Source of the DNA: Bacteroidales bacterium
GTDB taxonomy: Bacteria; Bacteroidota; Bacteroidia; Bacteroidales; ML635J-15
Reading direction: 5' to 3'
Assembly (NCBI GenBank): GCA_016937855.1
Contig: JAFGVU010000123.1
Coordinates: 4,332 to 68,331 of the forward strand
Length of the DNA: 64,000 bases
Of this stretch, positions 26,625 through 36,247 are shown one piece after another. Numbering within the stretch: position 1 is the stretch's first letter; every line of letters starts with the position of its first letter. The notes under the pieces were generated by a model. That model did not search any database. It worked only from the letters and a program-made list of their open reading frames with translations, and was not told the origin of the DNA. Both the position numbers and the translations under genes were made by a program.

Positions 26625-27767
26625 ATGAATTATACAATAGTTGTTAAAACTCTTTTTGGACTCGAGGATGTTTTGGTGAAGGAACTTGAAGATTTAGGAG
26701 TAAAAGAGATTAAGGTTTTACGCCGTGCTGTTGAGTTTAGTGGTAATTTGGAACTTATCTACAAATGTAACCTTTACCTCAGAACGGCTTTAAGCGTTTT
26801 GGTTAAAATAGGAGAGGGAAGAGTGCAAAACGAAAATCAGCTATATAAATTCATAAAGTCGGTGGAGTGGAGCGATTATTTCGATTTGCATAAAACTATT
26901 GCTATTAGTGCAGTTAGTGTCTCAAACTTTATGACACATAGTTTGTTTCTTGAGCAAAAAACCAAGGATGCTGTAGTCGACTATTTTCGTGAAAAGTTTG
27001 GCGAAAGACCCGATGTGGATATAAAAAATCCTGACATCAAGATAAGTATATTTATTAATGATGAAACATGTTTGCTATATCTTGATAGTTCTGGTATGGC
27101 TTTGTATTTTAGGGGGTTTAACAAAGAAATTGGCGAAGCCTCTATTAATGAGTGTCTTGCATCAGGAATAATTAAACTTAGTGGGTGGAATGCTATTGAC
27201 GATTTTCTTGATCCAATGTGTGGCAGTGGTACATTTTTAACCGAAGCATATATGATTTCTCGCAATATGCCAGCAGGAATTAGACGCGAACAATTTGCAT
27301 TTATGAATTGGAAAGATTTTGATTTTGATTTATGGAAATCTGTTGTGAAAAAAGCAAAAGATGGGATTGTAGAATCTAAAGCAAATATATACGGATACGA
27401 TATTAATCCAGATGCAGTTAGTCTTGCTAAAAATAATCTGTATAAGCTCGACAGGGCTAACTCAGTCAAAATAATTGCTGCCGATTTTTTTGAATCCAAA
27501 GCCTTGTCTGACAGTGGCGTAATCATAAGTAACCCGCCTTATGGTACACGTATCCGACTTGATGATGCAAAAAGCTTTTACAAAAGAATAGGAGATAAAC
27601 TTAAATTTGATTATCAGGGATATACAGCATGGATTATTTCATCTGACCTTGCTGCGATAAAGTTTATTGGAATGAAACCGGAAAGAAAAATACCGTTGTT
27701 TAACGGGCAACTTGAGTGCAGATTAAATAAGTATTCGATTTATAGTGGTAGCCGAAGAAATAGGTAG
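26625..27767 (+). CDS. THUMP-domain class I SAM-dependent RNA methyltransferase (RlmL/UPF0020-like)
   Basis: N-terminal THUMP-like region. SAM-binding DPMCGSGTF and the N-methyltransferase catalytic motif ISNPPYG. Starts 1 nt after the upstream stop. Confidence 0.85.
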   Translation: MNYTIVVKTLFGLEDVLVKELEDLGVKEIKVLRRAVEFSGNLELIYKCNLYLRTALSVLVKIGEGRVQNENQLYKFIKSVEWSDYFDLHKTIAISAVSVSNFMTHSLFLEQKTKDAVVDYFREKFGERPDVDIKNPDIKISIFINDETCLLYLDSSGMALYFRGFNKEIGEASINECLASGIIKLSGWNAIDDFLDPMCGSGTFLTEAYMISRNMPAGIRREQFAFMNWKDFDFDLWKSVVKKAKDGIVESKANIYGYDINPDAVSLAKNNLYKLDRANSVKIIAADFFESKALSDSGVIISNPPYGTRIRLDDAKSFYKRIGDKLKFDYQGYTAWIISSDLAAIKFIGMKPERKIPLFNGQLECRLNKYSIYSGSRRNR

Positions 27768-27808
27768 TAATTGTCTTTAATGAAAAAGATTATTTTTTGG
27801 ATAGAATT

Positions 27809-29101
27809 TTATAAATAGTCGGTACACTTTTCGAGTTTAATGCCTCGCGAGCCTTTTATTAAGAAAAATTTTCCAGTTTCAGGTTTTTTTACAAAATGTT
27901 GAGCAAGTTCTTCAACTTTTTTGAAAAAAACGAATTCATATTTGTCGTAAAACTTATAAAATTCATTTCCTACAAGATATATTTTACGGAAATTCATGTT
28001 TTCTATCTTATCAAGTATTTTTTTGTGTTCATCTTCGCTATCTTTTCCTAGTTCAAGCATATCGCCAAGAATGAGACATTTGTTTTTTTCAACAATGCGA
28101 TCAAAATTATCTATCGCAGCAACCATACTTGTAGGGTTAGCATTATAGAAATCGAGAATCAGTGAATTGCGAATCGTTTTTATGTGTTGCGATCTGTTAT
28201 TTCGTGGAAAGTAACAAGCTATTGCATTATCTATAGCAGTTCCAGGTACGTTAAAATAGGAGCCGACAGTTATAGCTGCTAATATGTTTTCGAAGTTGTA
28301 TTCGCCGATGAGGTTTGATTTGGCAAGACCTTTTTCGTTATTAGCTTCCCATTCTACTGCAGCTTCTAGTCCAAATTCAGTATATGTGCCACGGCAATAT
28401 GAATGTTCCGACTTCCCATAAGTAACAGCCGAGTAATTATTAAGAAGTTCCTTTAAAATTGGATTATCTACATTAGAGAAAATAACTCCTTGTTTCTTTT
28501 TAAGATAGTCGTATAATTCGCCTTTTGTTTTCTTTACTGTCTCTATCGAACCAAATCCTTCAAGATGTGCTTTTCCAATATTTGTTATCAGTCCGTAATC
28601 TGGGTCGGCAATTTCGCAAAGAGTTTTAATTTCGCCTTGATGGTTTGCGCCCATCTCTATTATACCGATATCGACCGTGTGGTTCATTGCCAATAGTGTT
28701 AAAGGAACTCCAATATGATTGTTTTTATTTCCACCGGTGTAAGCTACTCTAAGTTTTTGTGCAAGAACTGAAGACAATAATTCTTTTGTTGTTGTTTTTC
28801 CGTTTGTCCCGGTAATTGCAATGATAGGTATTTTAAGTTGTTTACGATGATAATTTGCTAAATCTTGAAGAGCTTTAAGTGTATCTGAAACGAAAAAAAC
28901 ATTTTCTAAATCTTTATAAGATGGGTCAGATGTAACAGCTGCAATACTCCCTTTATCTAGCGCATCTTCGATAAATTTATTGCCATCAAAGTTCTCTCCT
29001 TTAAGAGCAAAAAATATAGAATTGGGCTGAATTATCCTTGAGTCTGTACTAATTTTTCTACAAACTTTAAAAATCGAATATATTTGCTCTATTGTATTCA
29101 T
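27809..29101 (-). CDS. murF: UDP-N-acetylmuramoyl-tripeptide--D-alanyl-D-alanine ligase
   Basis: Mur ligase P-loop ITGTNGKTTTKE and the MurF-typical FFALKGENFDGNKF and DFYNANPTSM blocks. The ATG at 29101 (MNTIEQ...) is preferred to the TTG at 29119. Confidence 0.9.
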   Translation of the reverse strand: MNTIEQIYSIFKVCRKISTDSRIIQPNSIFFALKGENFDGNKFIEDALDKGSIAAVTSDPSYKDLENVFFVSDTLKALQDLANYHRKQLKIPIIAITGTNGKTTTKELLSSVLAQKLRVAYTGGNKNNHIGVPLTLLAMNHTVDIGIIEMGANHQGEIKTLCEIADPDYGLITNIGKAHLEGFGSIETVKKTKGELYDYLKKKQGVIFSNVDNPILKELLNNYSAVTYGKSEHSYCRGTYTEFGLEAAVEWEANNEKGLAKSNLIGEYNFENILAAITVGSYFNVPGTAIDNAIACYFPRNNRSQHIKTIRNSLILDFYNANPTSMVAAIDNFDRIVEKNKCLILGDMLELGKDSEDEHKKILDKIENMNFRKIYLVGNEFYKFYDKYEFVFFKKVEELAQHFVKKPETGKFFLIKGSRGIKLEKCTDYL

Positions 29102-29131
29102 AAAAAACAAAAACCCCAATAATGGGGTTTT
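29102..29131 (-). terminator. Terminator-like hairpin between gldJ and murF
   Basis: On the minus strand AAAACCCCA-TTAT-TGGGGTTTT (9-bp stem) is followed by TTGTTTTT. The T-tract runs directly into the murF ATG. Confidence 0.6.
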
Positions 29132-29150
29132 AAATTAGTTATAATATTTT

Positions 29151-31118
29151 TTATTCAGGTAAAGATGGAGAGCCAACTCGATCCATTGCACATCTAAAAC
29201 CTAAGTCAGCTCTAGCTAATTTTTCGTCTAGGAATCTACGAGTACCCGGCACCATCCAATAAGCACGGTCTTTCCATGAACCACCTTTGAATACTCTTGA
29301 CCTGTCCGAAACAAGGGTTGTCATTTGATTACCTGTAGAACCATCACCTTTATTTAATTTTGGATTTGATGGGTCAAATTGACCAAATCCCCATTCACCA
29401 TATTCTCCCCAATTACCTTCTTTGTACATTTGAGGTGTTTTACGGGTAAAGAATTGGTCAGGATAAATTATACTACCATCTGCTAATTGCAGTTTTCCTC
29501 CTTCAAGAATCATAGATCCGTCAGGCATCATAATATTACCATCAGCATTTTTTTCATGACCTGTAGGTAAAATGTAAGTCATATTCTGTAAGTCAACTTT
29601 AACGCCATTAGGTAAAAGAACTTCGTTTCCACCCGACATAAGCGTCGCACCAGGGTATATGTCACCAACATTTTCAGGAGTTAATTCTCCTTCTATAGGA
29701 TCATTAATTTTGATAGCATCTGATTCTACTTGGTATCTATCGCCTTTTACCCAGTATTCTTCAGCGTTTCCATTAGGAATTAGTGATTCTAAATCACCAT
29801 CTAAGAAATTTCTGTTGTCAGATGTAGTATAGTTTTCGCGGCTGTAGCATTCTTCATCACGTACAGGTTTGCGAAGAATTTTTCCAGAATAATCGAAATA
29901 GTTTTCTGCTTCAGGAGTAAGTTCAACATCGCCAGATCTTGGGTCAATAATTAATTCATAGTCAGTGTAAACATTTCCTCTGAAAGGTCTGAATTCTTCC
30001 ATATCTTCAAATGTAAGATCTCTGTAAACATCCATTACCCATTCGTTAACGTTACCTGCCACACAATATAGTCCGTATTCGTTAGGCCAGTATGATTTTA
30101 CAGGACCTGCAATGTCGGCTTTATCGTTAAGTGCACCGGCAACCCCCATATTATCACCACGTCCACGCATAGAGTTTGCCATCATCAAACCTCTCTCTTC
30201 GCCTCTCGAGTCGTTTCTGATATAGTGACCGTTCCATGGATATAATCTTCTTTCGTAAATTCTTTCTCTGTAATGATTTCCGATATGTGCTAATGCTGCA
30301 AATTCCCATTCAGCCTCGGTTGGTAGCCTGTAGCGAGGTAAAAATATACCATCTTCCATTCTTACCCAACGTCTGTCTTCACCGGTATTTACATTACCAC
30401 CTTTACGTCCAGCTTTTAGTGTTGCTGGATCAACGTATAAGTTTTGTACCTTACCATCAGGACCTTTGCCTGTTTCATCAATTGATAAATCTAAGTTCTC
30501 AGCATAAATCAAATACGCATCAGTATTAAACTGTTTTGCCTGATCTTGAGGAGCAACATATTTATCAATAATACCTTCGCGAAGTAAAATTAATTCGTTA
30601 ACACGGTCGGTACGCCACTCGCAATACTTGGTTGCTTGTACCCACGAAACACCAACAACAGGATATTGTTCGTATGCCGGATGTCTCAGGTAAAGCTCTA
30701 CCATTGGTTCGTTAAATGCAAGTCTTTCTCTCCAAACTAAAGTGTCAGGAAGAGCTTCGCGATATAAAAAGCGATAGTCTGATGAATAAACATAAGACAG
30801 CCAGTATAAATACTCTCTATAATCGAGATTTCTAACCTCAGTTTCGTCCATGTAAAAAGATGAAACAGTTACTCTACGTGGAAGGTTGTTCCAATCGTAC
30901 ATAACGTCTTGTTCAACTCTACCCATAGCAAATGAACCACCTTCGATAAAAACAAGCCCTGGACCGGTTTCTTGTTCATAGCCGGGGTGATTTTGGAATC
31001 CACCAAAATTTGGATCGTTGTAATTCCAACCTGTTGTACTCGATACTTCTTTTTTACAAGAACTTACAAGTATTGCACCTGCAAGAACTATTAACACAAA
31101 CAAAGTATTCTTTTTCAT
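29151..31118 (-). CDS. gldJ: Gliding motility lipoprotein GldJ (SUMF1/FGE-fold family)
   Basis: Lipobox LVSSCKK. GldJ-typical N-terminus (GWNYNDPNFGGF...GLVFIEGGSF.MG), sulfatase-modifying-factor-like blocks (YPVVGVSWVQA, RLPTEAEWEFAA, GNVNEWV, KGGSW, GFRC). murF-gldJ-porU-porV neighbourhood as in Flavobacterium johnsoniae (from memory). Confidence 0.85.
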   Translation of the reverse strand: MKKNTLFVLIVLAGAILVSSCKKEVSSTTGWNYNDPNFGGFQNHPGYEQETGPGLVFIEGGSFAMGRVEQDVMYDWNNLPRRVTVSSFYMDETEVRNLDYREYLYWLSYVYSSDYRFLYREALPDTLVWRERLAFNEPMVELYLRHPAYEQYPVVGVSWVQATKYCEWRTDRVNELILLREGIIDKYVAPQDQAKQFNTDAYLIYAENLDLSIDETGKGPDGKVQNLYVDPATLKAGRKGGNVNTGEDRRWVRMEDGIFLPRYRLPTEAEWEFAALAHIGNHYRERIYERRLYPWNGHYIRNDSRGEERGLMMANSMRGRGDNMGVAGALNDKADIAGPVKSYWPNEYGLYCVAGNVNEWVMDVYRDLTFEDMEEFRPFRGNVYTDYELIIDPRSGDVELTPEAENYFDYSGKILRKPVRDEECYSRENYTTSDNRNFLDGDLESLIPNGNAEEYWVKGDRYQVESDAIKINDPIEGELTPENVGDIYPGATLMSGGNEVLLPNGVKVDLQNMTYILPTGHEKNADGNIMMPDGSMILEGGKLQLADGSIIYPDQFFTRKTPQMYKEGNWGEYGEWGFGQFDPSNPKLNKGDGSTGNQMTTLVSDRSRVFKGGSWKDRAYWMVPGTRRFLDEKLARADLGFRCAMDRVGSPSLPE

Positions 31119-31179
31119 ATTATGATGTTTTTATAATATCCAATATTAATAACTCATTTTTAACTTAATTATTGCCTTT

Positions 31180-32193
31180 TTAGAATGATGGACAACTAAC
31201 AATACCCTTTTTTTGATCTTTGTCATGACATTCAAAAGTAAACGCTACAGAAACCTCGTGAGCACCGTAAGTAGAGTTTTTTAATCTCGATACAGTAAGG
31301 TCGTAGCTATATGCAAATCTTAAGTTATCTTGTTTAAAACCAGCTAGCATAATAAACGAATCGTACTGGAAGTTAAAGTTTTGACGTAGCCAGAAACCTG
31401 CAACAATTTGTTTACGGGCAACATAAACCCCCCAATTAAACTGTTGAAACTGTCCTTGTTGATGAAATAATAATTGTGGAGCAATTTTTAATTCTCCTCT
31501 ACGATATTTGCTACTATTAATAGGTACTTCTGTTCCAAAGTGAACAGTTATTTTTCTTGGCAAAACGGCATCGCTTCCACGCAAGAAAGACTCAGATGGC
31601 TGAGTTAGATGGTGCACTGCTAATCCAAAAAAAGTTCTCTCACTAAATGCGACTAGTCCTGTAGAGAAATCAACATAATTGCGCTGGTTGTTGATTATGT
31701 CGGGATTTTCTAATGAAGAATAGATAGGACCATAAAGTGGATGTATCATATTTGGGAAAATAAAGTCCCAATTAATAGTTTTCATAATGTATGAGGCCTG
31801 AAATCCGGCGGCGACAAAAAATCTACGTGTTACTGGAAGAGTATATGCGTACATCCCACTAATCATTGTGGTAGTTATTGTTCCACCTCCCTGAACGTCG
31901 TTCATCAGGTGTAAACCAACGCCGCCTTGCAATGCATTCCAGTACTGATCGTACGAAGCACTGTAAGTTACGTAAGTAGGACCTAATGCAGGCCACTGAT
32001 TACGATAGTTTAAACTCAGTTTGGGACATTTTTCCGCGCCGGCAAAAGCTGGATTCAGATATAGCGAGTTTGCATAGAACTGCGAAAAATGTGCGTCCTG
32101 TGCGTTTATCAGCCCCAAACTGCCTATGAATAAGGCACTTAACAAGATTATGTAACGTCTGACCATAATATATTTCTTAAGAACAATGCGCAA
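31180..32193 (-). CDS. PorP/SprF-family type IX secretion membrane protein
   Basis: Hallmark N-terminal motif QDAHFSQFYANSLYLNPAFAG after a signal peptide, with beta-barrel-like remainder. The true start may be the Met at 32166 (MVRRYIILL...). Confidence 0.85.
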   Translation of the reverse strand: MRIVLKKYIMVRRYIILLSALFIGSLGLINAQDAHFSQFYANSLYLNPAFAGAEKCPKLSLNYRNQWPALGPTYVTYSASYDQYWNALQGGVGLHLMNDVQGGGTITTTMISGMYAYTLPVTRRFFVAAGFQASYIMKTINWDFIFPNMIHPLYGPIYSSLENPDIINNQRNYVDFSTGLVAFSERTFFGLAVHHLTQPSESFLRGSDAVLPRKITVHFGTEVPINSSKYRRGELKIAPQLLFHQQGQFQQFNWGVYVARKQIVAGFWLRQNFNFQYDSFIMLAGFKQDNLRFAYSYDLTVSRLKNSTYGAHEVSVAFTFECHDKDQKKGIVSCPSF

Positions 32194-32242
32194 TATTAAT
32201 AAATTTTCCTCTAATTATAAAATATAAACTACAATAATAAGT

Positions 32243-32250
32243 TATTTTTG
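32243..32250 (+). promoter_or_regulatory. Bacteroidota-type -7 promoter box (TATTTTTG) for porU
   Basis: TAnnTTTG match that overlaps the ORF-track TTG start at 32248. This argues that translation starts downstream, at 32257 or 32299. Confidence 0.5.
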
Positions 32251-32298
32251 TCGTTTATGAAAATAATTATTAAACTTTTTTTATTTTTTTTTAATTTT

Positions 32299-35200
32299 AT
32301 GAAAAAATACCATCTTATATTCATCTTATTTTTTATCAACAGTTTATTAACAGCTCAAGTCGTTTATATTTCTGATTCATTAAAGTGGCAAAGTAACAAA
32401 ATATTTATTGATAACGATAATAATACTTGGAATATTTTATCCTTTGATAATGCGCAGTTCCGAAGTGATGATAATTTGCCCGTGTATTTTCATAAATCAT
32501 TAATCAAAAACGATGGCTATGTTGCAGATATAGAATTAGTTAGAGCAGAATATGAAGTTATTAACAAAGAGGAATTAGCCAAAGTTAAAAATATTAACAA
32601 CCTATTGGACATTCCTCAAATCAAAGCCGAAGTTACTAAATTTAGAAAACAAAGTTATATCTCATTTGAGTTGATCCCTTTAAGACGAAATAAAATGACC
32701 GGTGAGATTGAACGTCTGGTTAATTTTGAGTATAAAATTCAGATTAATCCAAGTTTAGTGACCCGAGCTCAAAAAACATATACTTATGATAGTAAGTTGT
32801 CCTCAGGAAGTTGGTATAAAATCAGAGTTAGTGAAACTGGGATTTATAAATTGGCCTATTCTGATTTAGTTTCGATGGGATTTTCGTCCTTTAATAATAT
32901 AGGTGTATTTGGTTACGGCGGTATGTTGCCAAAGACTTTAGGTGATGAGTTGTACGATGATTTGCCAGAACGTCCGTTGGTTAAAGTTGACGTAAATAAT
33001 AATGCTGTGTTTGATAATGGTGATTACTTATTGTTTTTTGCTGATGGACCTCATAATATTTCATGGAGCACAACCGGTGTTGCTTCGCATGAGTTTCATT
33101 CTTATTCGACATACGCATATTATTTTGTGTCAGATCAGGGGTCATGGAAACAACCTGTTAATCAAGCCTCATTAGCAACTTATGATGTTGAGATTACAAC
33201 TTTCGACGATTATGCTTTTCTTGAAAAAGATTCTATTAATTTGTTACATAGTGGACGACAGTTATTTTGGCGAGAATTTGACTATTATTTATCTCACTCG
33301 TTTTCAAAGTCTTTTGCTAACGTTTCAACTAACGATACTGCAATTGTAAAAGTAATGTTGGCAGCAAGGTCAAACTCCATGAGCTATTTTAACCTTATTA
33401 TTAATGGTATAAATCAGGGTAACTTAAATATTGACCCAACAACTAATAGTTCGCTTGCTGTTTACGCTAAATCAAATTCTGTAAACACATTTAAATTTAA
33501 ACCAAACTCTAGTGTGTTTTCAGTTAATCTAACTTATACTAAAACAAGTACTAATTCAAAAGGTTGGCTCGATTATATTTCATTTCAGGTAAGAAGACAA
33601 CTTGCTGTTAGCAATAATTTTGTTCAGTTTAGGGATACTAAATCTGTAAGTTCTGGTGTTAATGCAAGATTTAAAATTACAAATGCAGGTAGTACAACAA
33701 TAGTTTGGGATATCACCGATAGAATTAGTGTTAAGAGTATTCAAGGCTCTTTGTCAGGTTCAACTTATAGTTTTAATGCCGATGCATCAGAGCTTAGAGA
33801 ATATATTGCATTTAATCCTGTAAGTTCGTTTCCTGTTCCCGAGATTTCAGGCGTGCAGGAATTGGGAATTGCTGAAAATCAGAACCTACATTCAGTTTCT
33901 CCGGTTGACTTAATAATTGTTTCGAATCCCGACTATTTATCTCAGGCTCAGACAATTAAACAGATTCATGAATCCTACGATGATATGAGTGTATTTATTA
34001 CTACACCACAAAAAATATATAATGAGTTTTCTTCCGGAACACCCGATGTAACTTCCATTCGTAATTTTATGAAAATGCTTTATGATAGAGCGTCTAGTGA
34101 GGACGAAATTCCACAAAATCTCTTACTTTTGGGCGATGGTAGTTACGATAATCTAGGTATTGATCCTCTTGCATCCAATTTGATATTGACTTATCAATCG
34201 GAATCTAGTGTTTCGCCAACAAGTTCGTATGTTTCAGATGACTTTTTTGTTTTTCTTGATGATGGCGAAGGCTCTGTAAATGGTTCGCATGATATTGATG
34301 TGGGGGTTGGACGAATTCCGGTAAAAACTGTTGCTGAGGCAGAAGCCTATGTCAATAAACTTCAGAATTATTATAGTTCAACAAGTTATGGAGCATGGAA
34401 AAATAAATTGTTGCTAATTTCTGATGATGCAGAAGGTGGAGAGACAATTCATCAAACACAAAGTGCTACTTTAGGATTGCAGATAGAAGCGGATTTTCCT
34501 GTATTTAACATAGAGAAGATGTTTTTAGATGATTATGAGCAGGTTTCAACTGTTCAGGGTCATAAGTATCCTGATGTTAATCAAGCGATTACAGACAATA
34601 TTAATAATGGAGTACTTTTGGTGAATTGGATTGGTCACGGAAACGAAAAAGGTTGGGCACATGAGAGTGTTTTAACGCTAAGTATGATTACTTCATGGCA
34701 AAATGCAAATAAATACCCGATTTTTATTACTGCAACATGTGAATTCTCTCCATGGGATCATCACGATTTAGTTTCGGCCGGTGAAGAGGTTTTGCTAAAT
34801 CCAAATGGTGGAGGTATTTCATTGTTTACCACTACTCGTTTGGCATTTTCGTCAAGTAATGCATCTTTATCTTACAAATTTTATGAAGAAGTGTTTTTGC
34901 GCGACGAAAATGGAGATGTCTATCCAATTGGATTGTCTGCTATAAAGGCTAAAAACTCTTTAATTGGTGATACAAATAAGAGAGTGTTTTCACTACTGGG
35001 TGACCCTGCTATGCGTCCCTCTGTTCCGTCTTATGTGGCTTCTACAACTAAAATTAATGGTGTCGATGTGGCTGAGTTTAATGATACTATTCAGGCTACT
35101 GCAATGGTAACTTTTGAGGGAATAATTACAGATCCAGCAGGAAACCTTGCCGAAAATTTTAATGGAATAATTTACCCAACAGTCTATGATAAAAGAATGG

Positions 35201-36111
35201 AATACACAACTCGCGGAAATGATGGTTATACTCCTTTGACTTATACGGCACAGAAAAATATTATTTTTAATGGGCAAGCGAGTGTTGTTAATGGAAAATT
35301 CACATTTTCGTTTATTGTGCCAATTGATATTGCTTATTTTTATGATGAAGGCAAAGTTAGCTATTACGCACATAATAATAGCGACACAGAAGCTGCCGGA
35401 TATGATGGCTCATTCTTAATTGGAGGATCAGCAGGAAATGAACTTAACGATAACGAAGGTCCTATAATTGACTTGTTTATGAACAACGAGCAGTTTATCC
35501 CCGGTGGTATAACTGATGAAAATCCGCTGTTGTTAGCAAAAATTGAAGATGAGTCGGGAATAAATACTGTTGGTAGCGGTATTGGCCACGATATAACTCT
35601 TATTTTTGATGAAAACACTGCAGACGTAATTGTTTTAAATAAATTTTATGAATCAACGATTGACGATTTTACATCCGGGGAGGTAAATTACAATATGTCG
35701 GAGTTAGCCCTAGGTCCTCATACATTAAAAGTCAAGGCATGGGATGTTCTAAATAATAGTGGCGAAGCTTATACTGATTTTATTGTGGCTAACTCAGCAG
35801 AGCTTGTTATCGACCATATTTTTAACTATCCCAATCCATTTTCGACCAGCACTAATTTTTATTTCGATCATAATCAGCCAAATCAAATGCTTGATGTAAT
35901 TATTCAGGTGTTTACTGTTGCCGGAAAACATGTGAAAACAATAGAGGATGTAGTAATGAGCGATGGATTTAGATCTCAGCCTATTCACTGGGATGGAAAA
36001 GATGAATATGGAGACAAAATCGGGAAAGGTGTGTATGTCTATAAAATAAAAGTTAGAAGTGCTGCCGGAAATGTTGTTGAGGAATTTGAGAAATTGGTAA
36101 TTCTAAACTAA
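32299..36111 (+). CDS. porU: T9SS C-terminal signal peptidase PorU (gingipain/C25-like)
   Basis: Large protein directly upstream of porV. C25-like region (NWIGHGNEKGWAHE...FITATCEF). C-terminal Por sorting-type domain (FNYPNPFSTSTNFYF...GVYVYKIKV). Start chosen at MKKYHLIFILFFINSLLTAQ; 32257 is an alternative. Confidence 0.85.
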   Translation: MKKYHLIFILFFINSLLTAQVVYISDSLKWQSNKIFIDNDNNTWNILSFDNAQFRSDDNLPVYFHKSLIKNDGYVADIELVRAEYEVINKEELAKVKNINNLLDIPQIKAEVTKFRKQSYISFELIPLRRNKMTGEIERLVNFEYKIQINPSLVTRAQKTYTYDSKLSSGSWYKIRVSETGIYKLAYSDLVSMGFSSFNNIGVFGYGGMLPKTLGDELYDDLPERPLVKVDVNNNAVFDNGDYLLFFADGPHNISWSTTGVASHEFHSYSTYAYYFVSDQGSWKQPVNQASLATYDVEITTFDDYAFLEKDSINLLHSGRQLFWREFDYYLSHSFSKSFANVSTNDTAIVKVMLAARSNSMSYFNLIINGINQGNLNIDPTTNSSLAVYAKSNSVNTFKFKPNSSVFSVNLTYTKTSTNSKGWLDYISFQVRRQLAVSNNFVQFRDTKSVSSGVNARFKITNAGSTTIVWDITDRISVKSIQGSLSGSTYSFNADASELREYIAFNPVSSFPVPEISGVQELGIAENQNLHSVSPVDLIIVSNPDYLSQAQTIKQIHESYDDMSVFITTPQKIYNEFSSGTPDVTSIRNFMKMLYDRASSEDEIPQNLLLLGDGSYDNLGIDPLASNLILTYQSESSVSPTSSYVSDDFFVFLDDGEGSVNGSHDIDVGVGRIPVKTVAEAEAYVNKLQNYYSSTSYGAWKNKLLLISDDAEGGETIHQTQSATLGLQIEADFPVFNIEKMFLDDYEQVSTVQGHKYPDVNQAITDNINNGVLLVNWIGHGNEKGWAHESVLTLSMITSWQNANKYPIFITATCEFSPWDHHDLVSAGEEVLLNPNGGGISLFTTTRLAFSSSNASLSYKFYEEVFLRDENGDVYPIGLSAIKAKNSLIGDTNKRVFSLLGDPAMRPSVPSYVASTTKINGVDVAEFNDTIQATAMVTFEGIITDPAGNLAENFNGIIYPTVYDKRMEYTTRGNDGYTPLTYTAQKNIIFNGQASVVNGKFTFSFIVPIDIAYFYDEGKVSYYAHNNSDTEAAGYDGSFLIGGSAGNELNDNEGPIIDLFMNNEQFIPGGITDENPLLLAKIEDESGINTVGSGIGHDITLIFDENTADVIVLNKFYESTIDDFTSGEVNYNMSELALGPHTLKVKAWDVLNNSGEAYTDFIVANSAELVIDHIFNYPNPFSTSTNFYFDHNQPNQMLDVIIQVFTVAGKHVKTIEDVVMSDGFRSQPIHWDGKDEYGDKIGKGVYVYKIKVRSAAGNVVEEFEKLVILN

Positions 36112-36225
36112 TTCTAAGCCTAACCTGTTTAATTTTCATGCTAAATAGAGCTTTCGTAAAATACTAAAAACAAAGAATCATCGTTTCTTGTTTAAATAAA
36201 TGGTTTTGGTTTTAAATATTATTAA

Positions 36226-36233
36226 TATATTTG
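36226..36233 (+). promoter_or_regulatory. Bacteroidota-type -7 promoter box (TATATTTG) for porV
   Basis: TAnnTTTG match 14 nt upstream of the ATG at 36248. A TTTG lies at 36205-36208, 17 nt upstream of the box. Confidence 0.55.
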
Positions 36234-36247
36234 TAAAAAAAAAGATA

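Noticed and set aside
26981-27526. 181-aa ORF antisense to the THUMP methyltransferase gene
   Set aside because: It lies entirely inside a well-supported + strand gene with clear SAM-MTase motifs. The translation is low-complexity with no motif, start context or promoter box. This is a typical shadow ORF in AT-rich DNA.
34993-35618. Two antisense ORFs (126 and 84 aa) inside porU
   Set aside because: Both are embedded in a long conserved gene on the other strand, with no independent signals. Treated as shadow ORFs.
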